Shown here piece after piece: positions 61,994-64,000 of a stretch of DNA of 64,000 bases. Source of the stretch: a virus (Duplodnaviria > Caudoviricetes); the IMG/VR virus record IMGVR_UViG_3300010885_080481; one strand, given 5' to 3'. The translations under genes were made by a program, and so were the position numbers. Within the stretch, counting starts at the first letter, position 1, and each line of letters begins with the position of its first letter. The notes beneath the pieces are model-generated. The model did no database searches, had not been told where the DNA came from, and saw nothing but the letters and a program-made list of their open reading frames with translations.

Positions 61994-63925
61994 TTGCAGA
62001 CTTTTAATAATTCTTTATTTGAAGAAAGCGTTCGTCCGGTAGTGATACCTGATCACATAAAAGTAGTTTTTGTTGCAGATTTATTTGCTGAAGACTACGT
62101 AGGTGGAGCAGAGTTAACCACTCAAGCTCTTATTGATGAATGTCCTTTACCTTACATAAAAATTCGTTCTAGAGAATTAACGATGTCCTTGCTAGCTCAA
62201 GGGGTCGGTAAATTTTGGATATTTGGAAATTTTGCCCAAATGAACGTAGAACTAATACCTACGATCATTGGAAATCTGAAATATTCGATATTGGAGTATG
62301 ACTACAAGTATTGTAAGTACAGATCTCCCGAAAAGCATTTAGAAAAAGAAAATTCCCCTTGCGATTGTCACAACAAGTTTAACGGTAAATTAATATCAGC
62401 TTTCTACTACGGTTCCCGTGGGATTTGGTGGATGTCAGAAGCACAAAAGAACCGTTATCACATGATGTTCCCATTTTTATCTGAAAAAGATAATGTGGTT
62501 TTATCTAGCGTATTTTCTAAAGATACTTTGGGTAAAATTAGATGGCTAAGAGAACATGTTTCTAATGACAACACCGACAGAAAAAAATGGATTGTTTTAG
62601 GGTCGAATTCTTGGGTTAAAGGTGCACAAAATGCAGAAAAATGGTGCATCGATAACAAAAAAGATTATGAAGTAGTCTGGAATATTTCTTACAATGAAAT
62701 GCTAGAAAAGCTGGCAAAAGCAGAAGGATTTGTATACCTCCCAGCCGGAGCCGATACTTGTCCACGAATGGTAATTGAAGCAAAACTTTTAGGTTGTAAA
62801 CTTCAGTTAAATGATTTCGTCCAGCATAAAGATGAAGAATGGTTCAACACGGATGATCTAACAAACGTTAGCGATTATCTCTATTCGACCCCAGGTGTAT
62901 TTTGGAATGGGATTAAAAAAATGATGGAATATAAGCCATCTGTTAGTGGATACACAACTGTGTATAATGCACTTTCTCAAGGATATCCATTCGTCCAGTC
63001 TATAAGATCCATGTTAGGATTTTGTAGCGAAGTTTGTGTTGTTGATGGAGGGTCTACAGATGGCACCTGGGAAAAGTTGCAAGACCTAGCAAAAGAAAAT
63101 TCTTGTTTAAAAGTAAAGCAAGTTACTAGAGATTGGAACCACCCCCGCTTTGCAGTTTTTGACGGGCTACAAAAAGCTGAATCCAGAATGATGTGTACTT
63201 CAGAATATTGTTGGCAGATGGACTGCGATGAGATAGTACACGAAGATGATTATGAAAAAGTAATAGACCTTTGCAGAAAATTTCCAGCAAACGTGGATAT
63301 CATTTCTCTACCAGTCGTTGAGTATTGGGGCGGCTCTAGTAAAGTAAGAGCTGATATTATGCCTTGGAAATGGAGAATCAGCAGAAATAAAAAGAACATA
63401 ACCCATGGTATTCCCGTGGATGCTAGGCTTACTGATTCTGAAGGAAACACATACGCAGCTTTTGGTGACGGTTGCGATATGATTGATTCAAAAACGGGAG
63501 AAAGAATTCCTCACGTAACTTTTTATAACAACGAAGTAGACAGTGTTAGAAAATTAGCTGTTTCCGGAGACCAGGAAGCTAATGCTCAATACCAAGAGTG
63601 GTTTAATAAAGTAGTAGATAATCTTCCTGGTGTGTTTCATTACAGCTGGTTTGATATAGAAAGAAAAATAAAACTATATAAAAACTATTGGACAAAACAT
63701 TGGGAATCTTTGTACGGAAAAACTTACGTAGATAATGCTGAGTCAAATATGATGTTTGATGTTCCTTGGTCTCAAGTTACGGATGAAATGATCAAGAATC
63801 GAGCCAAGTTGCTAGCTGAAGAAATAGGCGGATGGGTTTGGCACAAAAAGTGGGATGGCAAACAAAAAACTTTCCACATCACCGTAAACAAATCTCAACC
63901 CAAAATTATGTTGACTGAAAAATGA
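61994..63925 (+). CDS. two-domain glycosyltransferase (GT4-like plus GT2-like)
   Basis: GGAELT, EGFVYLP...DTCPRMVIEAKLLG; then SGYTTVYN, VVDGGSTDGT, QMDCDE. Confidence 0.85.
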   Translation: MQTFNNSLFEESVRPVVIPDHIKVVFVADLFAEDYVGGAELTTQALIDECPLPYIKIRSRELTMSLLAQGVGKFWIFGNFAQMNVELIPTIIGNLKYSILEYDYKYCKYRSPEKHLEKENSPCDCHNKFNGKLISAFYYGSRGIWWMSEAQKNRYHMMFPFLSEKDNVVLSSVFSKDTLGKIRWLREHVSNDNTDRKKWIVLGSNSWVKGAQNAEKWCIDNKKDYEVVWNISYNEMLEKLAKAEGFVYLPAGADTCPRMVIEAKLLGCKLQLNDFVQHKDEEWFNTDDLTNVSDYLYSTPGVFWNGIKKMMEYKPSVSGYTTVYNALSQGYPFVQSIRSMLGFCSEVCVVDGGSTDGTWEKLQDLAKENSCLKVKQVTRDWNHPRFAVFDGLQKAESRMMCTSEYCWQMDCDEIVHEDDYEKVIDLCRKFPANVDIISLPVVEYWGGSSKVRADIMPWKWRISRNKKNITHGIPVDARLTDSEGNTYAAFGDGCDMIDSKTGERIPHVTFYNNEVDSVRKLAVSGDQEANAQYQEWFNKVVDNLPGVFHYSWFDIERKIKLYKNYWTKHWESLYGKTYVDNAESNMMFDVPWSQVTDEMIKNRAKLLAEEIGGWVWHKKWDGKQKTFHITVNKSQPKIMLTEK

Positions 63926-64000
63926 AAGGCATAATTTTAGCAGGTGGTACAGGAAGTCGTTTATACCCACTAACAAAAATCACTAATAAATGTTTGCTTC
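63922..64000 (+). CDS. rfbA: sugar-phosphate nucleotidyltransferase (RmlA/RfbA-like), 5' part
   Basis: MKGIILAGGTGSRLYPLTKITNK.LL. Confidence 0.85.
   Translation, partial: MKGIILAGGTGSRLYPLTKITNKCLL

Noticed and set aside
1-64000. Stop-codon reassignment (alternative genetic code)
   Set aside because: Core genes are full length under the standard code and end at TAA, TGA or TAG with dense gene packing

Overview
This 64 kb window is part of a large, T4-like (jumbo/huge) tailed phage genome. No bacterial housekeeping genes are present. 1-5.2 kb is a very GC-rich (+)-strand array of mini-genes. Thirteen of them sit behind a near-identical 36-nt promoter (GTGCAAAG..N..TAnnnT-N6-ATG) whose geometry predicts leaderless mRNAs. 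A palindrome-rich non-coding boundary follows at about 5.2-5.35 kb. 6-12 kb holds UvsE, a sigma-70 factor truncated in region 4.2, ATP-dependent DNA ligase and tRNA-Glu(UUC). 12-62 kb is mostly (-) strand and AT-rich. It contains an HNH nuclease, three paralogous putative virion proteins, a bacterial-type lipoprotein/CxxCH/Tat-DUF1501-like operon, and two kinase-fold genes. It also contains a TnsA-like endonuclease beside relics of the capsid-gene 3' end, the T4-type head module (major capsid, scaffold, prohead protease, portal, large terminase), and a fused Mre11-Rad50. Further along are primase, a RuvC-like resolvase, a gp4-like nuclease, baseplate-like genes, PIN-PhoH, an Hc1-like protein, DinG helicase, ClpP and a degenerate GroEL-like protein. 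A glycosyltransferase and RmlA-like cluster begins at the right end. About nine unrelated proteins, including both kinases, share an N-terminal leader resembling a capsid-targeting sequence. A high-GC host, possibly Myxococcota, is inferred and not proven. All family assignments come from motif recognition by eye; no database searches were run.
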